Source: Torpedo marmorata (lineage: Eukaryota). Taken from it: DNA of 64,000 nucleotides. A program made the position numbers and the translations under genes. Positions 26,090 through 36,871 of the stretch are shown piece by piece. How positions within the stretch are numbered: position 1 is the first letter of the stretch; every line of letters starts with the position of its first letter. The notes beneath the pieces are model-generated. The model was not told the DNA's origin. It did not search any database and saw only the letters and a program-made list of their open reading frames with translations. The stretch covers positions 180,172,001 through 180,236,000 of the forward strand of contig OZ360223.1 in assembly GCA_977017645.1 (NCBI GenBank). Direction: 5' to 3'.

Positions 26090-26977
26090 CCGGCCCCTAA
26101 TTATTATAATTAGACGCAATGTCTAAAATAATAATTACACAATCAATTACAAATAACAATAACCATATAACAGTCAAACAATATACAATTCTTCTTTCTT
26201 CACAAGACCATAGTTTACCATAACTCTGAATCAATAAAAGTCTGTAACCTGTGTAGTATACAACAATAAAATAAAGTCAGTTTGTATTTATCAAAGTTCT
26301 TTTATCTCCAGAATCATTGAGTTAGAATTTCGACCAGTAAACTTCAAGTCTTCCTCAGACAAAATAGATACAGTTTTTCTTTTGAATTTAACACGAGATA
26401 CTTCTTCAGCATGTCGTTCCACTTTATTCCTTTTTCAGCATTCTACTTCTCATGTGAAGAATTTAAACTCTTAGAACTAGAATTTGAATATTTATCTGAT
26501 CCTCTCGATTTTAATAAACGAGTCTCTTTAACCACTCTGGTTTCTATTGCCTTTTCCTGCAATTCCAAATCCAATTTTGCAACTTTCAATTCAGTCTCAG
26601 TTCTTTCCGAGAAATTAATAACTTTTTATTTTTTTATTTTTTTTAAATATTTTATTTTAAGATTTTCAATTTTTCACAATAATACAAAATAATGTAAAAT
26701 ATACATTAAACATCAGTTAAGTTCAATACATAGGAGTTTCGTATTACCATGAATCTAACCCCATCTAAACCCACCCTTACTAAAACAACCCACCCTCCAC
26801 CCTTCCCGTCCCTTACCCCCTCCCCACACTAGAACTAAAAAAGAAAAGAGAAGGGAAAAGCACAATTGAAAATATATCTATACACATCCATGGCTCGATG
26901 TAAGAGATTCAGCAATGTTCATTCTTCAAATTTAAACTTAGGAGAGTCAGCGGGGTCTGGGATGCAGGGCAACATAT

Positions 26978-29900
26978 TTAAATATTCATTCCTGATAATT
27001 GGATAAATGGACGCCAAATTTGTAAAAAGAGTCCATACTTATTCCTCATATTGTATGTTATTTTTTCCAATGGTATGCAACTCTGCATCTCTGAATTCCA
27101 TCTACTCATACTCAGATTTGTGTCCGATTTCCAGGTCACTGCTATACACTTCCTAGCTACTGCTAGTGCAATTTTCACGAATTTTAATTGCCATATGGAT
27201 AATTTCAATTTTGGTCTAGTTCCCTCTATATTCCCCAATAAGAACAAGTCAGGGTTTTGAGGAAATGCAACACCTGTAACTAGTTTCAACCGGTTTCCTA
27301 ACTCTGCCCAAAAATCTTTAACTTTTGAACATGACCACGTTGAGTGTAAGAATGTTCCTTCTTCTTCTCCACATCTAAAACATCTATTTGGTATTGCAGA
27401 GTTCATCTTGTTCAGTTTTTGTGGTGTGAAGTATATTTGGTGTAAGAAGTTATATTGTACAAGTCTGTATCTTACATTAACAGTATTAGTCATACTATCT
27501 AGGCATAGATCTGACCATCTTTTTTCATCAATTATAATATTAAGATCTTGTTCCCATCTTTGTCTGGACTTATGAAGTCCTCGTTTTTGAGCTCCCTTCT
27601 GTAACAAAGAATATACTATGGAAGTAAATTTCTTAATGTTTCCTTTCCTAATAATAGTTTCTACCTCGCTGCATTCTTGTAACAACATGTCTGGACCTAA
27701 TTTTCCTCTTAAGTAAGCTGTTAGTTGTAGATAGCAAAAAAATGTATTTCTAGGTATTCCATATTTATTCTGTAATTGTATGAATGACATCACTTGATTT
27801 CCTTCGTAACAATCTTCTATTTTCTTTATTCCTTTTAATGACCATGTATTTAAAAAAGGGTTATCTTTTGTAAATGGTATCAGATTGTTCTGTATCAGTG
27901 GCATTTTAGGTGATACATTTCCTTTTAATCCTATATCGTCATTAACCTTATTCCAAGCATTAATCAAATGTTTTAATAGCGGTGTTTCTTTAACACCTGT
28001 CAACAGTTTTGAGTTCCATTTATATATAAATTCTTGTGACTTCTTCTCTCCTATTTCTCCAAGCTCTATTCCAACCCACGCAGGTCTTTCTTCAGATTCA
28101 AAAAAAGAAGCAATAAAACGCATCTGTGCCGCTCTATAGTAGTTCTTAAAATTAGGGAGTTGTAAACCTCCCAGCTCATATTTCCATGTTAAACGTTCCA
28201 TCGAAACTCTTGACATTTTTCCTTTCCATAAAAACTTTCGCACCTGTTTATTTAAGTCTTGAAAAAATACCTGTGGTAGTGAAATAGGTATAGTCTGATA
28301 CAAGTACTGTATCCTTGGAAATATATTCATCTTAATACAATTAACTCTTCCTATCAATGTGATTGGCAGATTAATCCATTTCTCTAGATCCTCCTTAATC
28401 TTATTAAGCAATGGTATATAATTCCACTTGTATAAATTCTTTAATTTATTATCTGTCCGGACCCCTAGGTATTTTATTCCATTATGTGGCCATTTAAACT
28501 GGGTACTTCTCTTGCATACAGCGTAATCTCCTTCCGTAAGAGGCATAACTTCACTTTTATCCCAATTTATCTTATATCCAGAAACTTTTCCATATTCCTC
28601 CAACTTAAGATGTAGTTTTTGCAAAGAGGTCTCAGGTTCGGTCAAGTATATTAATACGTCATCCGCGAATAGACTTATTTTATGTCGCTCTTGACCAACT
28701 GTAAATCCTTTGATTTCCACATCACTTCTAATCACTTCTGCCAACGGTTCTATCGCTAGTACAAATAAAGCTGGTGACAATGGGCACCCTTGCCGACTAG
28801 ATCTTGTTAAGTAAAAGGGGGTTGATAATTGTCCATTTGTCACTACTTTGGCTTTTGGGGCATTATATAACGCTTTAATCCAATCTATGTACGTCTTCCC
28901 AAACCCGAATTTTTCCAAAACTTTAAATAAAAAGTCCCACTCTAACCTATCGAAAGCTTTTTCTGCATCCAGTGCCACTGCTACACTTCGTACTTTCCTT
29001 TTTTGAGCTAAATACATGATACTGAGTAGTCTTGCTACGTTATCTGCTGCTTGTCTTTTTTTTATGAAGCCTGTTTGGTCCATATTTACTAACTTTGGCA
29101 GAAAATTTGTTATCCTATTTGCCAGGATCTTTGCTACAATTTTATAATCTGTGTTCAGTAGTGAAATTGGTCTATAGGACGAGGGTTTCAATGGATCTCT
29201 ATCTTTTTTTGGTATTACTGTAATTATTGCAGTTGAGAAGGACTCTGGAAGTGTATGGGTCACTGACGCTTGTTGTAACATATCCATAAAAATGGGAGTC
29301 AATAATTCTTTGAATTCTTTATAAAACTCTGGTGGAAAACCATCTTCTCCCGGTGCTTTGTTACTTTGTAGTGCGCTAATTGCATCCTTTACTTCCCTTT
29401 GTGTAATCTGTGTGCTTAAATCTAGACGCTCTTGTACATTTAATGTTGGCAAGTTTATCTGAGATAAATAATTATCAATTTTTCTATCATCTTGTAATGA
29501 TTCTGATTTGTATAGATCAGAATAGAACTTCCTAAAAGAATCATTTATTGTTTGGGGTTTATAACTAATGACATCGGACTCTGTTTTAATTGCATTGATT
29601 GTTCTAGATGCCTGCTCTGTTTTTAATTGCCATGCTAATACTTTATGTGCACGTTCGCCTAGCTCATAGTATCTTTGTTTAGTTCTTATAATGGTTTTTT
29701 CCGTTCTATAAGTCTGTAACATATTATACTGTAACTTTTTATTAGTTAATTGCCTACTTTTATCTGTAGAACTCCTCTTTTGCAAGTCTTTTTCTAAAAT
29801 CGTTATCTCTTTTTCTAATTTATCTATTTCTTTCATATAGTCTTTTTTAATCTTTGAAGAGTAGCTTATAATTTGACCTCTTAAAAATACTTTTAAAGTT

Positions 29901-30758
29901 TCCCATATTACAAATTTATCAGTCACTGAATTTAGATTTGTTTCACAAAATATCTGAATTTGTCTCTTTATAAAATCACAAAAGTCTGTTCTTTTTAATA
30001 ACATAGGGTTTAGTCTCCATCTATATATCGATTTCTCTTTATCAGGTACCGTCACTGTCATCAGTAAAGGAGAATGATCAGACAGGATTCTAGCCTTATA
30101 ATCTATTTCCAAAATTCTATCTTGTATTTGAGCTGAGGTTAAAAATAAATCGATTCTAGAATAAGTATCATGTCTAGTAGAATAAAATGAGAAATCTTTA
30201 TCTCTCGGGTGGATTCTCCTCCACGCGTCAATCAAATTTAGATCCTTCATTAACACCAACGTGGCTTTTGCTGCTTTAGTTCTCCTTCCTCCTCTTGTAG
30301 ATTTGTCCAGCCCCGGATCTAAACAAAAGTTGAAGTCTCCCCCAATTATGATATTTTCATGCGCTTCCGCTATATTGAGAAAGGTCTCTTGAATAAATTT
30401 ATCATCGTCTATATTAGGAGCATATATATTCAAAAGTGTCCAAAATTCAGAGAATATCTGGCAGTTAATCATTACATATCTTCCTGCGGGGTCCGATACA
30501 ACACTTTGTATCTTAATTGGAAGATTCTTTTTTATTAAAATTGCCACACCCCTTGCCTTGCTGTTAAATGAAGATGCCCTTACATATCCCACCCAGTCTC
30601 TTTTTAATTTCAAATGTTCCTTCTCTGTTAAATGTGTCTCTTGTAAAAAAAGCTACATCCACACCCAGTTTTTTAATATACGCTAGAACTCTTTTCCTTT
30701 TAATTGGTCCATTTATCCCATTAATGTTAAAATTCAGGAATCTCAATATGTTACTCAT
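26978..30758 (-). CDS. L1 ORF2p (APE endonuclease + reverse transcriptase + Cys-rich domain); single +1 frameshift at 30645-30651
   Basis: MSNILRFLNFNINGIN...VAF/LQETHL, GGDFN, SRID, SDHSP, LDAEKAFDR, RQGCPLSP, FADD, CFRC..H..W.C; 1211 aa uninterrupted after the T7 run. Confidence 0.95.
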
Positions 30759-31203
30759 TTTTAATTATGTTTCGTTCCTATTGATGTCACCCCCTTCATC
30801 CCAGACCCCCCTCTCACCCTCCATAATTACTTTCTTCAATCTCCATCGAGCCAACATATAGTCCTTACAGTGATATATGCAGTTACTATAATAAAAATAT
30901 ACAGTTACTAAGTACATTCCCTTCTCCCTGTAAAAAAGAAAACATGCTCTAACTATAACCCCACTAGCGCTGCTAATATATACAGCGCTACCCCCCTCTA
31001 TTTTACGGGCCGCGGCCTTAGCCGCGGAAGTACACATGATTATAGCAGAAGTCAGGAACTCACCCTCCTCTCCCCGACCCCCCTGATATCACACTTTTAA
31101 CATAAACCATTCTTTATCATTAAGATTTCCAAGCTATAGGTTGTAAACTGATGTATTTTTTTTTACCAATATATACTAGAAAAAAGAAAAACACATTCAT
31201 CTT

Positions 31204-32313
31204 TCAACGTTCCTCTCTAATCGGTGGCAGCTCATTGGCAAATTCCTCTGCTAAAACATAGTTTGTAAAGAATTTGTTTTGCTGGTCCGGTATAAAGATC
31301 TTCAAGGTCGCTGGGTGTCGCAGCACAAATTTATACCCCTTCTCCCACAAAGTCTTTTTAGCTGTATTGAATTCTTTCCTCCTTTTCATCAAGTCGGCGC
31401 TTATGTCTGGGTAAAAAAGAACTTTGGCTGCTTTATATATCAAGGGACCTCCTCTCTGTCTTGCTGCCTCCATTGCGGTCTGTAAAATTCGCTCCCTGTC
31501 TTGGTATCTTAAAAACTTGACTAATATAGAACGTGGGTATTGATCTTGTGCTGGCCTTGCTCTTAAAGCCCTGTGGGCTCTTTCGATCTCAATTTCACGC
31601 TCAAACTTATCCGCGCCTAGCACGTCCGGTAGCCAAGTCTTCATGAAAGCGATCATGTCTTGTCCTTCCTCACCTTCTTTAAGACCAACGATCTTTATGT
31701 TATTTCTTCTACTAAAATTTTCCATTATGTCCATTTGCTGTTTGAGTTTTTTATTTTCCATCTCTAAAACAGTGTAATTATTTTCCAATGCCTCCACTCT
31801 TCCTTCAGTATTTTCCACTTCTGTTTTTATTTTCTTAACTTTATATTCAATCTTCTTTACTTTTAACTTCAAGTCTTTCATATCATCAATTACCTTTTTC
31901 ACATAGTTCATATCTTCCTTTAATTCCCTAACTGTTGTTAGTATAGCTGCAGTTGTTGACAGTTCCCCTTTAAATAGTTGCTGTGACGTCTCCGGCGGTT
32001 GTTGTTGTAGCGCTTCGGCCTCCAGCTGATCGTCCTCGTCTTCCGAATCGGAGCCACTCGTGCCTTCCTGGTCTGAGGTCGTTGTTGCCGGCTTTTCGCG
32101 CACGCGCGTAACAGGCCCGATTTCCCTGCCGGCGCCATGTTCTTGGCGTCGGGAGGGATCAATGCCTGTCGCCGTACCCATCAACGGAGCCTCCTCCTGG
32201 GGCTCTGTTCGCACTTCAGCTCCCTGCTGCCGAGGCCTCTTCTCTGTCGAGGTCTTCTCTTTCCGTTGGAGCCCAGGTAAGTCCTTTGTTGTTTTTTCTT
32301 TTTTCGGAGGCAT
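31204..32313 (-). CDS. L1 ORF1p (coiled coil + RRM + CTD), 369 aa, intact
   Basis: ENFSRRNNIKIVGLKEG, IERAHR, PRSILVKF, FYPDIS...RRKEF, PATLKI motifs. Confidence 0.95.
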   Translation of the reverse strand: MPPKKEKTTKDLPGLQRKEKTSTEKRPRQQGAEVRTEPQEEAPLMGTATGIDPSRRQEHGAGREIGPVTRVREKPATTTSDQEGTSGSDSEDEDDQLEAEALQQQPPETSQQLFKGELSTTAAILTTVRELKEDMNYVKKVIDDMKDLKLKVKKIEYKVKKIKTEVENTEGRVEALENNYTVLEMENKKLKQQMDIMENFSRRNNIKIVGLKEGEEGQDMIAFMKTWLPDVLGADKFEREIEIERAHRALRARPAQDQYPRSILVKFLRYQDRERILQTAMEAARQRGGPLIYKAAKVLFYPDISADLMKRRKEFNTAKKTLWEKGYKFVLRHPATLKIFIPDQQNKFFTNYVLAEEFANELPPIREER

Positions 32314-32526
32314 TTTTTTCTTTTCTTTTTAAAAGGTTAAAGCCCTTTTAAAGTGGTTTTTAGCTTACAAAAAGCGTTTTTTTTTTCACTTTTTTTAAAG
32401 TTCTCAGAGAGGTCGGGTTTCCACGACCTGACCCTACTCCATCACGTGACGTCCCCCCGAGAAATTAATAACTTGATCTGAAATGAAAATATCATGTGAT
32501 TCATTGGTACTTCTATTGTCAATCCT

Positions 32527-32835
32527 GCTGTGGTAAACTTGTAATTTTTTAATTTCTTCATCTTGCTTGTTACATTTCTGCAATGCAATATCACTTTATT
32601 TCTGCATTGTTAGTAGCTGAACCTTCAATTTACATTTTTGATTGTTTTCTATAATCAACTGTTTTGTGTTATTAACCAATAACTTGTTCTCTTTCAAAAT
32701 ATTAATCTCTTCCTCCAACCTTTTACATTTTGATAATGCTGAATCTCTTTCCTCAATAACTGTATTTATTTCTTCAGCAGTTATTCTTTTCTTCCGCTTT
32801 CTGACATTGCAAATTTTATTTACAATTAAATCTTT
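32527..32835 (-). pseudogene. MIPOL1: Intron-less MIPOL1-like coiled-coil segment inside the BEL element
   Basis: LIVNKICNVRKRKKRITAEEINTVIEERDSALSKCKRLEEE...ENNQKCKLKVQLLTMQK*SDIALQKCNKQDEEIKKLQVYHS aligns by eye with the recalled vertebrate MIPOL1 sequence. Confidence 0.75.
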
Positions 32836-33196
32836 CTGTTTACTGTTTTCATGATTATCCAATATTTCCAATTCCCCTTTCAACATTTTGTTCTCTGAAT
32901 TCAATTGCATTAAATTATCATTCACATTCTTCTTTATTCCATCAGCACAATTTTTTGTGTTCTCCAGTTTTACATCACATTGCGACATTTCTTCATTGAC
33001 TTTGTCTGCTGCAACCTCTGAACTACAAAATCTTCTTTCAAATTTGTTCTCAGTCACTTGCTTTATTCCTGCCTCTGATTCAATTACACAGGAATAATCA
33101 CTAGTATTATTTGCAACATCTTTTAATACTTCATTTTCATCCATTTCTGATGAAAATAATTCCTTCAATGTTGTTTTAATTACCTTTGATTTATTT

Positions 33197-35714
33197 TCAC
33201 ATTGATCTGTTTTCTTCAAAAGTGACTTTCTTATTCACAAACTTTTGCTCTTCCCTTAACTCATCAACTTTCACAACTGAAATCCTGTTAACATTTATCA
33301 CTAACTCTTCCTGTGCAATATCATTATTTCTTTCCAATGGTCCATTGATTGTCCAACCAAGCTTGGTTCCAACAGCGTAAGGTCCATTCCCTCCACTCCG
33401 TATTACTTCCAGTGGTTCCAAGACCTTTGGCACATCTGAACCAATCAGCATTTCTATCTCAGAGTTAACTTCAGGTAGATAAACTTTCCACAGATAAAGA
33501 CAAATGGTGGAAATCATTTTGATGTGGAATGTTTCCTTCGTGCACCAGCATAGTCTTCTGAGTATATAAACTTGGAAGATCACAAAATTTTTGTCATCCA
33601 ATCCAGCAACCTCTAAGCCTGAAACAATGCTGGTTTCAACGACCTTTTCTTGTCCTATGGTTTTCAACATAATTCTTGACCTTCCTTGAATATTAAGTTT
33701 GTTCATTAGTCCTTCCATGCAAAAAGATGCAGTGCTGCCTGGGTCAAGAAATGCATATGTATGTACTGTTGCATCCCTTTTCTTGGTCTTGACTTGTACA
33801 GGCACTATTGAAAGATTGCAGTTATCCACACTTGCCCCAGTAAGACCATTTGTCTGAACCGAGGTTATAACATTGTTTTCTGTTGTTTCATTTGTTTCTG
33901 TTTGCTCCTTTTCAAATTCCTTCTTTCTTTGATAGATATGCAACATTCTAGGATGGTTCAAATTGCATATGTTACAGTTAATTCGCTTCTCGCAGTTTTT
34001 ACTGATGTGCCCTTTACACAGACAGCTAAAACATACTCCATTTTCCTTTAAGAAAGCGATCTTCTCATTATGTTCCTTCTTTTCCAAATGTAAACACATT
34101 TCCAAAGCATGTCCACCTTTACAGAACAAACAACTCTTCTCATTAGTCAAACTTTCCTTTTCCTTATTTACTTTATCTTTTTCTTTATTTATAACTGACA
34201 CATTAGTAGCAAAAGTACTTCTTTTCAATTTTGGACTAGGCTGTGAGTTAAACCTCCGTACATCTTTGTTCCCCATTGAATTGTCTTTGGTATTTCCATA
34301 TATTGGATCTGTTTCAATGTAGACCTGTTGTTCGACTGTAATTTTCTTGTAAATCACAAGCCAAATTTCTCCATCTATCCCACAACTTGTAAGGTAATTT
34401 TTCTAAGATGATTTGCATATTACCAGGCACTTCAAGCTCACGAATATTATCGATATCTTCCATGGCATTACAACATCCTCTTAAAAATAGAGTATATGCT
34501 TGTAGAGCTTTTACATCATTCTGTTTTATTGATGTCCATTTAAGAGCTTTATCCATGTAAGCTAAAGCAATTCGATGCTTGTTGTAAAAAAGTTGTTCTA
34601 GTAAAGCCTTAGCTCTGTCTAATCCTCTTTCTGAGGACAAATGTTGACAAATCTTTACAAGTTTTCTTGGATGTCCTTTTGTGAACATTTCCTAATAATA
34701 AAGACATTCATCAGGGTCTTGGCATTTATTTTCAATATTGCGTTTGAAAGATCTCATGAACGCTTGGTACTGAAGTGGATCACTATCAAAAGTTTGTATC
34801 TCTTTCTTGGGTAAAGAAGAGAGAGACTGTAACTGAATCAATGATGCAGCAATTTCATTTTGTCTTCCCATGGATGACAATACATTGCTCTGTTCACCAC
34901 CTCTTGTTACAGGTAATGTATCTGGAAACCTCACTTGTGTAGTTTCTCCCATATTTCTGATGCTTGACTCAAATGCCAAGGGAGCTGCATCGTTTGACCG
35001 AACCCAAGCCGCAGCTTTATCTTCAGATGTTACCACTGGTACATGTGACTCGATAACACTATGCTCTTGAAGGATTTGTCCTTGTATTTTCAAGTCTTGT
35101 ACCCTTGGTACTAAAATATCTACCCTTTCGGTTGGTTTCTTTTCCTGTGATTCTTTTTTAAAATATGACTTTTTATCATCGCACACTTTAGATAATTTAA
35201 TCCGAGCACCAGATACCATTGAGCCTTCTAGTACCTCTTTGTTTGCTTCCAGCTCCTGCTGCTCCTTTCTCTGCCTTAGCTGCTCCTTCTCTTGCCTTAG
35301 CTGCTCCTTGTTCTGCCTTAGCTACTGCCTTAGCTGCTCCTTTCGCTGCTCCTCCTTTTGCCTTAGCTGCTCCTCCTGTCATTCTAAAATATGTTTATCC
35401 TTAAGCGTTTTTTGTTGCGCAAGAGTGGCCAAGTCAACTTCAACCTTTGCATGTGACGATGCAGAACTTGAAGTACGAGAAACTCTGAAGCTCGAATCAG
35501 AACTTTGTTTGCTTCTCCTGCTTTCAGCATTTGAGACACTGTCACATGATTGTATTTCATCCTGCAGGTCAGATGTTGTCTTCTTACTTACCTCTTTCTC
35601 CAATCCGAATTGTACATCCTTTGCATCTTCATCCTCTTCGTTTTCTTCATCATTTGGTGACACAATTGCAGCCATTTCCACCCTGCTGTCTTCTTGTTCA
35701 TCAAACGAAGCCAC
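33197..35714 (-). pseudogene. BEL/Pao gag-protease, decayed (several stops and frameshifts)
   Basis: SLPKKEIQTFDSDPLQYQAFMRSF, KLPYKLWDRWR, CLFCKGGHALEMC, CFSCLCKGHISKNC, CNICNLNHPRMLH, LSIVPVQVK..TYAFLDPGSTASF, GPYAVGTKLGWTING. Confidence 0.9.
35250..35378 (-). repeat. ~21-bp coding minisatellite in BEL gag (EQLRQxK heptads)
   Basis: Repeated GAGCAGCTAAGGCA units on the minus strand. Confidence 0.8.
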
Positions 35715-35900
35715 CTCTTCTTCCTTTGCCAGCTTCAGTCTTGCGATGAGAACCTTTTTATTTCAACTTATATCTAGTTTCAGTCGCTTCAATTCTTCTT
35801 TAATATCCACAACCTTCATGTCTTCAATATGTTGGTCCTCAACAGAAACATCAGCGGTTTCTGCGTCAGCTACTGCTGCATCAGCGGGTGCTGCGGCCAT
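35715..35900 (-). pseudogene. SLTM/SAFB-like N-terminal SAP domain fused in frame to BEL gag
   Basis: MAAAPADAAVADAETADVSVEDQHIEDMKVVDIKEELKRLKLDIS*NKKVLIARLKLAKEEE fits the SAP consensus; the stop sits at the conserved Gly. Confidence 0.75.
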
Positions 35901-36360
35901 TTTACTCGTCTTGTTCCACTGTCCTTCGAGAATACACGACATTAGCCAAATCAACAGTCCCCAATGGACGAGCAGCAGCAAATCCAATCTGTGTTCAAAC
36001 TTGCCAAAAATACACAGAAGGAGTCCACAGACTTATGCCTACCACTTCAGATGACTGTAATGTGCTGCTATTCACAATCGAGTTTCCACCACAACATCCG
36101 TCAATAATATCGCTGATTTTCAAGATATGGTTTCTCCAACTTATTTATAGGACACTTTACTATAAGATTTGAAGCTCTAAATCCCTCTCTGGCTGTTATT
36201 CATGGCAGGTAGATGTGGATTACAAACTGCCCCTAACTCGAGGCATCTCCAAGATGGCTGCCATTTTATTTTTAAATATCAGTCCAAAGCACAGAGAGAG
36301 TATTCTATCTTCTTTCCTTCAATTTTCTGTTCCAAACAATAAGCTTTTATTGACTAAACA

Positions 36361-36871
36361 TACAGTGACTTCAATCCAACAAATAGCCACTTGGAGGCTA
36401 GGTGAGATACTTGTTCTTGACGCATTTCAATTAATTTACTAACAAGTCCAATAGGTTCAAAACTTTATTTACACACGATGACTTGTAGCAATCTTCAATG
36501 ACTTAAATATCTTCTTTAACGAAATATAAACAATTCTTGATAACGATGCTTAATAACGATTCTTCAAAACGTCTTTAAACTTCCTTTAAAACGATTCACC
36601 CTCTTCTAAGTCGCCATATTCTTATACTACTTCTTCTCCGATTCGCGCATGCTCCCACGCGCATACTCCACCGCGCCTACTGCACACACTTCCCCACTGC
36701 GCATGATCCAGCCACTTGCCCACTGTGCATGCGCCCGTCGGCACTCCCACGCATGCGCAGAGTACTAAATAGGCCAAGCACGGCCTACTAATCTCCGTGT
36801 CTCCTCCGAAACCCGCTGAGACCATAGGAACGCCGCGATTAAGGTAAGTAACCAAGCCTACACCTCTTACA
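36361..36871 (-). repeat. BEL/Pao 5' LTR (511 bp)
   Basis: Paired with 25826-26089; GC-rich segment with repeated GCGCATGC motifs. Confidence 0.9.

Larger units (their letters stand above)
26625..32456 (-). mobile_element. Full-length young L1 LINE (~5.8 kb)
   Basis: 5' GGGGACGTCACGTG, ORF1, ORF2, G-rich 3' UTR, A-rich tail; 18-bp TSD CCGAGAAATTAATAACTT at 26607-26624 and 32457-32474. Confidence 0.97.
25826..36871 (-). mobile_element. BEL/Pao LTR retrotransposon, non-autonomous (gag + protease, no RT/RNase H/integrase), with host-like inserts
   Basis: LTRs at 36361-36871 and 25826-26089 begin TGTAAGAG on the minus strand; 5-bp TSD TACAG (25821-25825, 36872-36876); PPT AGGGGCCGG next to the 3' LTR; three Cys/His knuckles and AFLDPGSTASF protease. 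Confidence 0.9.

Noticed and set aside
32836-33219. Possible third capture (ANKRD26/CCDC144-like LMQLNSENKMLKGELE)
   Set aside because: Too short and typical of generic coiled coils; needs a profile search.
35239-36054. 271-aa Ser/Cys-rich + strand ORF
   Set aside because: Antisense shadow of the SAP-gag region and its minisatellite.
36335-36360. Primer-binding site of the BEL element
   Set aside because: TGTTTAGTCAATAAAAGC does not give a TGG-type tRNA 3' complement that I can assign.
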